64,000 bases of DNA from Cyanobacteriota bacterium (lineage in GTDB: Bacteria > Cyanobacteriota > Cyanobacteriia > Cyanobacteriales > Nostocaceae): positions 49,234 to 113,233 of the forward strand of contig JBJOKS010000021.1 of the NCBI GenBank assembly GCA_046045965.1. The letters run 5' to 3'. Made by a program: the position numbers and the translations under genes. The notes under the pieces are model-generated. The model searched no databases. It was not told the DNA's origin and worked only from the letters and a program-made list of their open reading frames with translations. Shown here piece after piece: positions 40,280 through 50,295 of the stretch (position 1 is the first letter of the stretch; each line of letters begins with the position of its first letter).

Positions 40280-43132
40280 CTATTCCCTATTCCCTATTTG
40301 ATTAATTACTCTCCTCTCACCGTAACGTAATAACCTTTCTATAGTTAACAGCCGATTTTCCCATACTTTAACTCGATAGGGATTGTCTTTGGCCGCTGAA
40401 CTCATCCAAATTTTAAATTTAGCCTGGAAACGAGTAAGTTCTCCTCTGGCAATAATTAAATTACTCGCAGAAGGAAAAGCTGCCAACTGATTTAAAGCAT
40501 TTTGCAACTTCTGGGACTGATTCTCAAAATCAGCAATTGTAGTTACCGACTTAGACAATTGTTCATTATTTTCTCTTACAAACTGCCATTCTTGCTGTAA
40601 AGCAGTAAAACGAAAAGCCGCAGTCCGAAATGGTTGACGTTGAGGAATAGGTTCAGTATGTGAACGTTGTATCTTACCTTGAGTATTACTCAATAATTCA
40701 TCTAATGCACTGTTAAAATTCTCCGCCGCAAACAAGGCATAACCGCTAACAGGTAAATCCCTCAGTAATTGTAGTTGATCAAAAGCTCCCACCGTCGGCA
40801 AAGAAAGCAAACGAATCCCTGGAACTAATAAAGTAGAACCTAACTGAGTAGAATTAATCCAAGGTTGGGCTAGTCTTTGAAAACGAGGAGTATCCAAAGC
40901 ATAAGTCATTGGCACAATTAAATCTATATCACCTCTTCTAGCCCAAACTTCCCAATGCTGTTGAATCTTTTGAACTCGTTCATATTCTCCCAAAGGAAAC
41001 ACAGCTACTGACAAAATTAAAGAAGATCGCTTTTTTCGCAGCATCTGTGAAACTTCAGCCACAAAACTATCAACTTTTTCAGTGCGGAATGCAGTCCACT
41101 TTTGCCACAAGTCCCGCTGACTAGGAATAATATTCACAGGATCTACACCATTCTGCTGTTGAAATTGCTCCCTTGCTGCTTTACCATAACCGTAAATTCT
41201 ACCAGAAAAAGGATCTTGGAAAGGATAGCGAATATAGTCGAGTTGTATGCCATCAACTTGATATTTACTAACTATTTCTGCGTACAGCTTTAATAAATAT
41301 TGTCTAACTTCGGGATTAGCAGGATCTAAAAAAGGCTTAGTTTGACCAGCAGGAATCATTTGACCTCTTTGATCATAATTTGCCCAATTAGGATTAGCTG
41401 CTAATACAGGACCTGGATAATCAGAATTAACCCCAATAATTTCATTATGACGGACATTTCCAGCAGCAAAAGTCCACACCCAAGCGTGTAATTCCATCCC
41501 CCTTGCATGGGCTAATTTAACAGCTGATGCCAGTGGGTCCCAGTCTTTAATCAAAGGGTTCTGTTGTGGTGCAACCTGACTCGGATAAATAGTATAACTA
41601 GCATTAACAGTTTCAAAAAATACGGTATTAATTCCTGCTTTCGCCAAGCGATCAAAAATCTGTCTTAATCCCGCTTCATTCCCTGCATTAACTATTGTCC
41701 CTCTGTCTAACCAAACTGCGCGAATTTCTGGTTGAGCTATGCGCTGATTAACAGGAAACTGCTGCCATAAATTCCTCTTTGTATTTAACCATTGCTGACG
41801 TGCCAAGGCATAATTTTTTTGGGAAATTAACACAGGAATATTTTTGGCAACTTCCCTCGCTTGGGCTAAAGTTTCCTCTAAACTTGGATTTGTTATAGTG
41901 GTAGATGTTTTTGCACTTTCTCCCGTCAAAGATGGAGAGTTCCTATTGTTAGTCGCACCACCAGCTAAAGCTGCTAAATGGGTGCTTTCTACTCTACCAA
42001 TTAGATTTTCTAACTCTTGTTGTAAAGCTATTGCATCACTACTAGAAATTGGTTGATGAGAATTAGGTATAACATCTAATCTTACTGTTGTTTGCAGTAA
42101 ATCAATTTCTTCCTGCAAGTTTTGAGGTGTGACTTTAAGAATAGGCTGGGGTTGAGGCTTTATATTCTCTACAGTTACCCGTCCAGTTTGAGTTGCTGGT
42201 TTTGATGGATTAGGTTTTTTACTAACAGTTACCCGTCTGTTTTGAGTTGCTAATTTTGGTGAATTGGGTTTTTTGCTAACAGTTACCCGTCTGTTTTGAT
42301 TTCCTGGTTTAGTTGGATTTTTTTTACTAATTGCCGGAGTTTTTATTGTATTTTTATTAACTGACGACGGTGGACAGTTTAAAGTAGGATTTACCCCTTG
42401 TGCAGTTGATAATTTTAAATAACTATTGAGTAAAGCTTTCAACCAAGCAGTATCTAACTCTTTTGTAGAAGCTGTATCTGTTCCCCAGCGCCAACCTAAA
42501 AAAGTCGAACGTTCAGTTATTAATACTGCTGCTGCCTGATCTTGAGAATTCCAAACAGCCGCAATCTGAGTGTTAGAATTATCAGGAATCATCACCGCAC
42601 CCAGCACTTTACTAAAGAGTTCTTTTTGGGTTGCCCATTCCTGTGTATTGGTTTTTGCAGGTTGTAATTCTTGAGCATCATTGAGGTTAAAACCCCAATA
42701 ACCACCTAGCATATTTCGTAATGATTGGCGCACTCCTAAACTTGATAAAGTACCTACAGAACCACTGGCAATTAAACGCCCTCCTCTTCTCATCCATTCC
42801 TCTAAAGCCATCGCTTGTACTGGCGTTAATGTCTCCACATTTGGCAATAACAATACCCGTTGTTGACCTATATCTTCCACATTATTGATATGAGCTAGAG
42901 GAATTACACAATATTTTGCACCTACAGCCTGTAAGCGTTTATTAATCTCTGTCCATTGCTCGACATTTTCCTGGCTTTGAATTACATTCAATACTCCTGT
43001 TGGTGTTGCCGCATTTGCGGGTAATATTCCCCAAATATTAAACATTAAAAAATTCAACTTTAAACAAAATAATCCCACTGTCTTGAATGGGAATTTCATA
43101 TAGTTTCTAAATTTTAATTCGTGAGTATTCAC
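40280..43132 (-). CDS. Glycoside hydrolase-like protein (GHL10/DUF187 family)
   Basis: EIRAVWLD, MELHAW, LDPANPEVR, DGIQLDYIRYP. Confidence 0.88.
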   Translation of the reverse strand: MNTHELKFRNYMKFPFKTVGLFCLKLNFLMFNIWGILPANAATPTGVLNVIQSQENVEQWTEINKRLQAVGAKYCVIPLAHINNVEDIGQQRVLLLPNVETLTPVQAMALEEWMRRGGRLIASGSVGTLSSLGVRQSLRNMLGGYWGFNLNDAQELQPAKTNTQEWATQKELFSKVLGAVMIPDNSNTQIAAVWNSQDQAAAVLITERSTFLGWRWGTDTASTKELDTAWLKALLNSYLKLSTAQGVNPTLNCPPSSVNKNTIKTPAISKKNPTKPGNQNRRVTVSKKPNSPKLATQNRRVTVSKKPNPSKPATQTGRVTVENIKPQPQPILKVTPQNLQEEIDLLQTTVRLDVIPNSHQPISSSDAIALQQELENLIGRVESTHLAALAGGATNNRNSPSLTGESAKTSTTITNPSLEETLAQAREVAKNIPVLISQKNYALARQQWLNTKRNLWQQFPVNQRIAQPEIRAVWLDRGTIVNAGNEAGLRQIFDRLAKAGINTVFFETVNASYTIYPSQVAPQQNPLIKDWDPLASAVKLAHARGMELHAWVWTFAAGNVRHNEIIGVNSDYPGPVLAANPNWANYDQRGQMIPAGQTKPFLDPANPEVRQYLLKLYAEIVSKYQVDGIQLDYIRYPFQDPFSGRIYGYGKAAREQFQQQNGVDPVNIIPSQRDLWQKWTAFRTEKVDSFVAEVSQMLRKKRSSLILSVAVFPLGEYERVQKIQQHWEVWARRGDIDLIVPMTYALDTPRFQRLAQPWINSTQLGSTLLVPGIRLLSLPTVGAFDQLQLLRDLPVSGYALFAAENFNSALDELLSNTQGKIQRSHTEPIPQRQPFRTAAFRFTALQQEWQFVRENNEQLSKSVTTIADFENQSQKLQNALNQLAAFPSASNLIIARGELTRFQAKFKIWMSSAAKDNPYRVKVWENRLLTIERLLRYGERRVINQIGNRE
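42171..42331. repeat. Three 54-bp in-frame tandem repeats in the GHL10 gene linker
   Basis: ACAGTTACCCGTC recurs at 42171, 42225 and 42279. Confidence 0.9.
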
Positions 43133-43261
43133 GACTTCTTCCTCACATATTAATATATAACAATAGATAGACCCCCAAGTTCTCTAAGAAGTCGGGGATC
43201 TGGGTATTATTCCCTATTAAAATTTCCCTACAACTAACAACTGACTACTGACTACTGACTT

Positions 43262-44575
43262 CTAACAACAAGTATTGATTAAATCCTCAACTCCCGCTAC
43301 AGGGAATATGCTGATATTCAATTGACGAGATACTTCCTCAACAGTCATATCATCTAAAAATATTAACTCCCCATGTTTGAGCATAACGCTAGGTAATAAA
43401 ATACCCTCTCCTAAATCTTGCCCTTTTAAATGGAAAAGTAAATCATGTCCGGTTAATAATCCAGTAACACTGATATTTTGACCCCAATAATCGCTACATA
43501 AAGCACGCATATTGACTTCTAAACCTTCCACAGCATTTAACTGTTTAACAAGTGGTTGAAATGCATTTTCCACTGCGTTACCTACAACCCAAGTTAATTT
43601 TCTGGAAGGTGAAACTTTTGGTGGTAGTAATTCCTTAGCAACACTGGTAAATTGTTTAATAAACAAACGAATTGAACCAACACCATTATCTATTTGCGGA
43701 TATTCTTCATATTCTGCTTCGCTGGGTAATTCTTCACCAGCAATTAAAAACCATTCATCTGCTAACCAAGCTACACTAGAACCAAATTTTTTCCGAAATT
43801 CTTGAGTTAGTAATTTGACTTGAGATATTACTTCTTTGGCTTTTTCTCGCGTCACAGGAATCAGTTCATCTTCCTGGGGACGAAATCGCGTTAACCCAAC
43901 GGGAACAACTGCTACTGATGCTACTGCTGGTATTTCTCCTGTATGGAAAGATGTTAAATCTCTTAGTGTTTGTTCCAGATGTTCACCATCATTTATCCCC
44001 GGACAAACTACTACTTGAGCATGAATTTGTAACCGTCTTTCTTGAAACCATTGGAGTTGTTGTAAAATTTGTCCTGCACGGTTATTTTTTAAGAGTCTAA
44101 TTCTCACTTCTGGTTCTGTCGCATGAACAGAAACATATAACGGAGATAACCGCATTTGTTCAATGCGCTGCCATTCTTTTTCTGGTAAATTAGTTAATGT
44201 TAAATAAGAACCATATAAGAAACTCAAACGGTAATCATCATCTTTTAAATACAAACTAGACCGTTTACCTGGTGGTTGTTGATCAATAAAGCAAAAGGGA
44301 CAACGGTTATTACATTGAATTAAATTATCAAATAATGCCGTGGCAAATTCTAGACCTAAATCATCATCATAATCTTTTTCAATTTCAATATGATGAGTTT
44401 TTCCAGCAGTATCTAATACTTCTAGTTCTAAAATTTCATCTGCACACAAAAACTGATAATCAATTAAATCACGGGGTTTTACCCCATTAATAGCAACAAT
44501 CGCATCACCAACTTCAAAGCCAATTTCAGCAGCGATGGATTCGGGAAGCACCTTGGTAATTTTCGCAGGATTCAT
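43262..44575 (-). CDS. PDZ + DUF512 Fe-S (radical-SAM-like) protein
   Basis: N-terminal PDZ-like segment, CNNRCPFCFIDQ, KDDDYRLSFLYG. Confidence 0.9.
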   Translation of the reverse strand: MNPAKITKVLPESIAAEIGFEVGDAIVAINGVKPRDLIDYQFLCADEILELEVLDTAGKTHHIEIEKDYDDDLGLEFATALFDNLIQCNNRCPFCFIDQQPPGKRSSLYLKDDDYRLSFLYGSYLTLTNLPEKEWQRIEQMRLSPLYVSVHATEPEVRIRLLKNNRAGQILQQLQWFQERRLQIHAQVVVCPGINDGEHLEQTLRDLTSFHTGEIPAVASVAVVPVGLTRFRPQEDELIPVTREKAKEVISQVKLLTQEFRKKFGSSVAWLADEWFLIAGEELPSEAEYEEYPQIDNGVGSIRLFIKQFTSVAKELLPPKVSPSRKLTWVVGNAVENAFQPLVKQLNAVEGLEVNMRALCSDYWGQNISVTGLLTGHDLLFHLKGQDLGEGILLPSVMLKHGELIFLDDMTVEEVSRQLNISIFPVAGVEDLINTCC

Positions 44576-44587
44576 GGTAGTAAGTTA

Positions 44588-44695
44588 TCAGGGAATAGGT
44601 AATAGGGAATAGGTAATAGGGAATAGGTAATAGGGAACAGGTAACAGGTAATAGGTAATATTTATCTTTCTCCTGACTCCTGACTCCTGACTCCT
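44588..44695. repeat. STRR heptamer arrays
   Basis: (GGGAATA/GGTAATA)n and (CTCCTGA)n. Confidence 0.9.
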
Positions 44696-44701
44696 TCAAT
44701 A

Positions 44702-45610
44702 TTATCCTTGCCAACCATTTGCGATCGCTAATAAAATGGCACAGCCAAAAGCCAATCTATACCAAACAAAAACAAGGGTATTTTTGGTTTGTAAGTATCT
44801 AATCAGAAATGCAATTGACAGGTAGGAAAAAATAAAGGTAGAAACAATCCCGATACCTAATAGTAAAACTATGTTATCTGGTAATTGTTGTTCCTGAAAT
44901 AGCTTAAATATTTTCAGGCTTTTATATAAGGTAGCTATCGTCAGAGTAGGAAAACCTAACAAAAATGAAAACTTCGCGGCTGTATCACGTTCTAATCCTA
45001 AAAACAAGGACGTAGTTAAGGTTGAACCAGAACGAGAAACGCCAGGAATTAAAGCTAGAGTTTGTCCTAATCCTACTAATATACCATCTCGAATTTGCAA
45101 GGAATTAAAATCACGCTTGCGAGTGCCAATTTTTTCTGCTAACCCTAACAAAATAGCCATGATAACTGACATTATAGCAATAATTAATGCACTTTCAGGT
45201 AAAACGTCTTTCAACAGAAAGCCAACCATTAATGCCGGCATTGTGCCTACAGCAATACCCACAAAAATTTTCCATTCTTCCCGTTCCCAATCTTTATCCT
45301 TGAATGCGGTAATTGCACCTTTAACAATACTAGAAATCAGTGACCAAAAATATAACAAAATTGCAATCACACTACCAAATTGAATGGCATCAACAAAATC
45401 TTTAGAGCCTAGTTCTTTCCAAGCAAATATTTTGGTGACTATTAACAGATGTGCTGTACTGCTAATCGGTAAAAACTCTGTAATACCTTGCACAATACCT
45501 AAAATAAACGCCTGCAACCATTCCGGGGTGATGTTTTCCATATTTTCTGCCACGGCCAGCAGTTGCGAGCATAGTAAACCTATACTATTTGCTTCTAAGA
45601 TTGACTCCAT
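44702..45610 (-). CDS. uppP: Undecaprenyl-diphosphate phosphatase
   Basis: GIVQGITEFLPISSTAH, PGVSRSGST; start uncertain. Confidence 0.95.
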   Translation of the reverse strand: MESILEANSIGLLCSQLLAVAENMENITPEWLQAFILGIVQGITEFLPISSTAHLLIVTKIFAWKELGSKDFVDAIQFGSVIAILLYFWSLISSIVKGAITAFKDKDWEREEWKIFVGIAVGTMPALMVGFLLKDVLPESALIIAIMSVIMAILLGLAEKIGTRKRDFNSLQIRDGILVGLGQTLALIPGVSRSGSTLTTSLFLGLERDTAAKFSFLLGFPTLTIATLYKSLKIFKLFQEQQLPDNIVLLLGIGIVSTFIFSYLSIAFLIRYLQTKNTLVFVWYRLAFGCAILLAIANGWQG

Positions 45611-45698
45611 TAACCAAACTCCCAAAATGAATGCGTAATTCTAGCAAATTATCCAACCTGATCCACTGTTGTCATCAATTTTTCCGGGCAAGATTTTT

Positions 45699-45773
45699 AG
45701 GAGGCAGGAGGCAGGAGGCAGAAGGCAGAAGGCAGGAGGCAGAAGGCAGAAGGCAGGAGGCAGAAGGCAGGAG
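45699..45773. repeat. STRR heptamer array (AGGCAGA/AGGCAGG)n
   Basis: About 10 tandem 7-mers. Confidence 0.9.
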
Positions 45774-45920
45774 GTAAATATTTATTTCTCCCCATCTTCC
45801 CATCTCCCCACCTTCCTTGATATCTACTGAAATTTCTAGTATAATTAAGATGCCCCAGGGGGGGATTTAAGAATGTGATATTGTAAGATAAGTAAAGTTT
45901 AGTAACAAATATTAAAAACT

Positions 45921-46700
45921 TTGATTAATAATACGTTGTCATCCTACACCACTGCTAACTCTGCTATTGATACTGACTTGCATACCGCTGACACCAAGCA
46001 AAGAGGTATCAAAGAATTAGAGTCTACCCTTTTGTTGTCGCCTTCGCTACTGGCTCCCGTTGCTGGTAGGAAAAGCTGGTTAGTGTTTATGGCCGCAGTG
46101 TTTTTGGTATCAGTACCAGTATTTATAGAAGCGCCGCTAGTGCGATCGCTACCCAGTCTTAGTTTAGTCATCACCGGATTTTGGATTTGGCTGAGTTTGA
46201 CATTAATGTCACGACCGCAAACCTACCTCTGGGGAGATTTACTGTTAGGATTTAGCTTAAGTTGGTTAACAGGCGCAATTTACTGGGGTTGGTTACGTTG
46301 GGAACCCATCTGGCACTTACCCATAGAATCAATCGGCCTACCCTTTGCTATTTGGTGTTTGTGCAGAAACTGGGGCAAAGTCGGCAACTGGTTTTATCTC
46401 GGTTCTCTATTCGGCACAGTTTTAACAGACATATACTTTTACCTAGTAGACTTAATGCCCTATTGGCGGCAAATTATGAGAACAGATGCCAGTGGAGCGT
46501 CACAAATCTTAAAAAATGCCTTAGCACAAGTGCAAACTCCCTGGGGAGAAGCTTGGGCAATCATTTTGGCCTTAACGCTATTGACAGTCGGACTGGTATC
46601 TTTAGGTAAAAAGCAACGACATTGGTACGCCTTTAGTGGAGCAGTTTTGAGTACAATTTTAGTAGACAGTCTGTTTTTACTAGCTGCTGTTCTTGCGTGA
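45921..46700 (+). CDS. DUF3120-like cyanobacterial membrane protein
   Basis: [30 protein letters not shown]; start uncertain. Confidence 0.8.
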   Translation: MINNTLSSYTTANSAIDTDLHTADTKQRGIKELESTLLLSPSLLAPVAGRKSWLVFMAAVFLVSVPVFIEAPLVRSLPSLSLVITGFWIWLSLTLMSRPQTYLWGDLLLGFSLSWLTGAIYWGWLRWEPIWHLPIESIGLPFAIWCLCRNWGKVGNWFYLGSLFGTVLTDIYFYLVDLMPYWRQIMRTDASGASQILKNALAQVQTPWGEAWAIILALTLLTVGLVSLGKKQRHWYAFSGAVLSTILVDSLFLLAAVLA

Positions 46701-47043
46701 ATTTATCAGCCACGGAAGATCAACAATTAGTAATAAATTTTTACAAAGTCAAATCAAAAAAAAATCCCTAACGTGGTAATAGCGAGTAATACCCGAATTT
46801 TCAACTTCAAGTACAGCTAAGTTGGGTAGTTCACTAAGCTGTATATTAGTTTTTGATGACTGCTATGTGTTGATTCAGCTATCAGCTATTAACCAAAGCA
46901 TGAACTCAGAGGAACCTAGTAATTTATCAGCCTGAACTTCAGCAGGGTGAAAATATTACTTCATGCCTCGCACTTATGCCCATAGTTGAAAGCTTGTAGT
47001 TGAAAGCTTTGATTTCTGTTTGATGAAAAGAGGTAGAAAAATC

Positions 47044-47472
47044 GTGAAAGGATTGGTACGTTTATTAACAGTATTTAGTTTGTTGCTAGGCTGCTGGGGA
47101 TTTCTGGGAACAACCCAAACAGCCCAAGCTGCGAGTTTTAGCAACCTGGCTTGGCCTCAAGTCCAAGTTTTGGCAATTGCACGCCAAAACAAGGCAGATC
47201 AGAAGCTGGCAACAGAATTTGGTAAAAAAATAGATTTGAATAACACCAATATTGCTGCTTTTCAACAGTATCCAGGGCTTTATCCCACCCTGGCTAAGAA
47301 AATCATCAAGAATGCTCCTTACAAGAGTGTAGAGGATGTATTGAATCTGGCAGGATTGAGCGATCGCCAAAAACAGACCCTGCAAGCTAACTTAGGCAAC
47401 TTTACCGTGACAGAATACGAGCCTAACTTCAACGAAGGAGACGATCGCATTAACAACGGTATCTATAGATAA
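47044..47472 (+). CDS. psbU: Photosystem II 12 kDa extrinsic protein PsbU
   Basis: Signal peptide, [24 protein letters not shown] start after AGAGGT. Confidence 0.97.
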   Translation: MKGLVRLLTVFSLLLGCWGFLGTTQTAQAASFSNLAWPQVQVLAIARQNKADQKLATEFGKKIDLNNTNIAAFQQYPGLYPTLAKKIIKNAPYKSVEDVLNLAGLSDRQKQTLQANLGNFTVTEYEPNFNEGDDRINNGIYR

Positions 47473-47485
47473 CCCTGATTGGTAA

Positions 47486-47631
<146 letters not shown>

Positions 47632-47645
47632 CTCCTTTTATCATT

Positions 47646-49316
47646 TTGAATTTATTAGATATTCCTAACCAATTTGATGTATTAGTAGTCGGCGCTGGTG
47701 CTGCTGGACTATATACAGCACTGTGCCTACCTAAATCCTTACGAGTAGGTTTAATTACTAAAGAAACTGTTACTTTATCCGCAAGTGATTGGGCGCAAGG
47801 CGGTATTGCCGCTGCTGTCTCCCCAGAGGACTCACCGCAACTGCACATTAAAGACACATTACAGGCCGGAGCAGGTTTATGTGATCTCAAAGCTGTAGAA
47901 TTTTTGGCCGAACAAGCCCCTAGCTGTATTCAATCCTTAGTTAACTTAGGGGTAGCCTTTGACCGTCATGGTAAAACTTTAGCTTTAACTTTGGAAGCTG
48001 CCCATTCTCGTCATCGAGTTCTCCACGCCGCAGATACCACAGGTAGGGAAGTAACCACCACTCTCACAGCCCAAGTATTGCGCCGTCAAAATATCCAAGT
48101 TATTCAACAAGCTTTAGCTTTATCTTTATGGATAGAACCAGAAACTGGGCGCTGTCAGGGAATCAGCCTGTTTTATCAAGGTAAAGTTACTCATGTAAGG
48201 GCGGGTGCTGTAGTGTTAGCAACCGGTGGAGGTGGTCAAGTATTTGCCCAAACTACTAACCCCGCTGTCAGTACAGGTGATGGGGTGGCGATAGCTTGGC
48301 GTGCTGGAGCTATTCTCCGCGATTTAGAATTTGTCCAATTTCATCCCACTGCCCTCACCAAACCAGGGCGCTTTCTCATTAGTGAAGCTGTACGTGGTGA
48401 AGGAGCGCACCTTGTTGATGACGAAGGGCGACGTTTTGCTTTTGATTACGATCCAGCAGGTGAACTTGCTCCGCGAGATGTGGTGAGTAGAGCTATTTTC
48501 AGTCATTTGCAACGCACAGCAGATGATATTGCTACTGCCAATGTCTGGTTAGATATGCGCCCTATTCCTGCTGATAAAATTCGTCAACGGTTTCCCAATA
48601 TTATTAAAGTTTGTCAGCATTGGGGTATTGATGTTTTTAATCAACCAATTCCTGTGGCTCCTGCGGCTCATTACTGGATGGGTGGTATTCTCACAGATTT
48701 ACAAAATCGCACCAATATCCCCGGTTTGTATGCTGTGGGAGAAACTGCTAGTACGGGAGTTCACGGCGCTAATCGTCTAGCTAGTAATTCTCTGTTGGAA
48801 TGTATCGTATTTGGGGCGCAGATGGCTAATTTAGAGCTGGAAGGGTTAATGCAAGATGAGGTGAAGCCATCAGATTTACAGCCTATTCCTTTATCCTGTG
48901 AGTTGTCTGCAACTGATTGGCAGAATCAACAAGCACAGATGGAAGCTCTTAGGGAAAAGTTACCGCGTTTAGTTTGGCAAGGTGCGGGTATTTGTCGAGA
49001 ACAATCAAGTTTGGAAAATGCGATCGCTACAATTGTATCTTGGCAACAGGATTTTGCTAATTTACCTTTGAGTCGATTCTTGCAAGGTTTACCTCCCACT
49101 GCACCAGCTATTTTCAATCTACCCAATATTGATCAGCAATTGCGGCTTTGGGCAGAAACTCGGAATTTATTAGATGTAGCTTATTTAATTCTTAAAAGTG
49201 CCGCTTTTAGAACTGAAAGTAGGGGTGGACACTACCGCTTAGATTATCCTCAACCCAACCCTGATTGGCAAGTTCACACAATTGTTCAAAATCATCGTTG
49301 GTGGCAATCTCACTAA
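47646..49316 (+). CDS. nadB: L-aspartate oxidase
   Basis: WAQGGIAAA, QFHPT, ELAPRDVV, HGANRLASNSLLE, ESRGGHYR. Confidence 0.97.
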   Translation: MNLLDIPNQFDVLVVGAGAAGLYTALCLPKSLRVGLITKETVTLSASDWAQGGIAAAVSPEDSPQLHIKDTLQAGAGLCDLKAVEFLAEQAPSCIQSLVNLGVAFDRHGKTLALTLEAAHSRHRVLHAADTTGREVTTTLTAQVLRRQNIQVIQQALALSLWIEPETGRCQGISLFYQGKVTHVRAGAVVLATGGGGQVFAQTTNPAVSTGDGVAIAWRAGAILRDLEFVQFHPTALTKPGRFLISEAVRGEGAHLVDDEGRRFAFDYDPAGELAPRDVVSRAIFSHLQRTADDIATANVWLDMRPIPADKIRQRFPNIIKVCQHWGIDVFNQPIPVAPAAHYWMGGILTDLQNRTNIPGLYAVGETASTGVHGANRLASNSLLECIVFGAQMANLELEGLMQDEVKPSDLQPIPLSCELSATDWQNQQAQMEALREKLPRLVWQGAGICREQSSLENAIATIVSWQQDFANLPLSRFLQGLPPTAPAIFNLPNIDQQLRLWAETRNLLDVAYLILKSAAFRTESRGGHYRLDYPQPNPDWQVHTIVQNHRWWQSH

Positions 49317-49327
49317 ATATAACAAGC

Positions 49328-49603
49328 TTATCGTGTACCGCTACCATGTTGACTGTCAGGCGCACCATAGTTTGGTGGAATATACATATCTTGATCAAAA
49401 CTCTTTATGTCATGAGTCTTGAGGTGAGGTCTTTCAGTATCGCTAAAACTATTCAAAATTAAAATTTGAAAGTTTAAAGTATTAAAGTTTATTGCTACTT
49501 CTGCCATTCTCGGCATTAAGATCAACGTACCCAGTATACACAAGATCACGAGACTTGTGATCTTTACATTTGTTTCGATATATTTCAGTAGAGTTACTAA
49601 CAT
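49328..49603 (-). CDS. Small putatively secreted peptide ending YIPPNYGAPDSQHGSGTR
   Basis: Hydrophobic signal-like segment KITSLVILCILGTLILMP and a Pro/Gly-rich C-terminal motif; start uncertain. Confidence 0.65.
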   Translation of the reverse strand: MLVTLLKYIETNVKITSLVILCILGTLILMPRMAEVAINFNTLNFQILILNSFSDTERPHLKTHDIKSFDQDMYIPPNYGAPDSQHGSGTR

Positions 49604-50295
49604 ATCAATGCGTCCTGATTTTTAAACTGGCAAATGTATACTGATTAAGTTATTAATAAACAAATCAAAACTTAATGAAATTGGTGCTACTAGTAAATAG
49701 ATATTTAAACTAGAAAAGACTTGTACTAGCTTGGTGCCCAGAGGGGGGAATATAATCCTTAAGCAATCCACATTATTAAGAAATATTACTGATAATATGG
49801 ACTTTTCAGCATCAGTCATCAGATGGATATTCATTATTTATCAGGATAAAATTATCAAATCGGTTTATTTTTAACCAAAGCTTAATTTTTGACCGTGAAA
49901 ATACTAATTTTTTTACATCAAACACTACAAAAAGTTAAGAATATTTATTAATTTTTATATAAATTAAAATAAATTAGGCTGAAAACCCTGGCATCTAAAC
50001 CTAAAAACCCCGAACTTTCAGAAATAAAACTTAAGATTTATTATTTTTTTAGTAGAAATATTGATAAATAAATACAAAACTTAATTTTTGCAAAAATTGT
50101 GTAAAATTAGACAATAAAGTATTTCCAATCCCTAATTTTTTCCAGCAGTGGGGTGATAAAGTGAAATTTTTGATAAGTACCCACGCAAAATTAATTGTAC
50201 ATATTGATTGAAAACAAAAATGTCTGTATTCCTTACCTATTCCCTATTCCCTATTCCCTCTCCTAACTATAAAATTTATTTTGTACTACTACTGA

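Noticed and set aside
49328..49603. PatS/PatX heterocyst-patterning peptide
   Set aside because: It ends in HGSGTR, not the RG(S/T)GR pentapeptide that defines PatS/PatX/HetN; kept as a separate finding.
49622..49834. 70-aa minus-strand ORF upstream of the peptide gene
   Set aside because: AT-rich, low-information translation with no RBS or motif; more likely promoter DNA.
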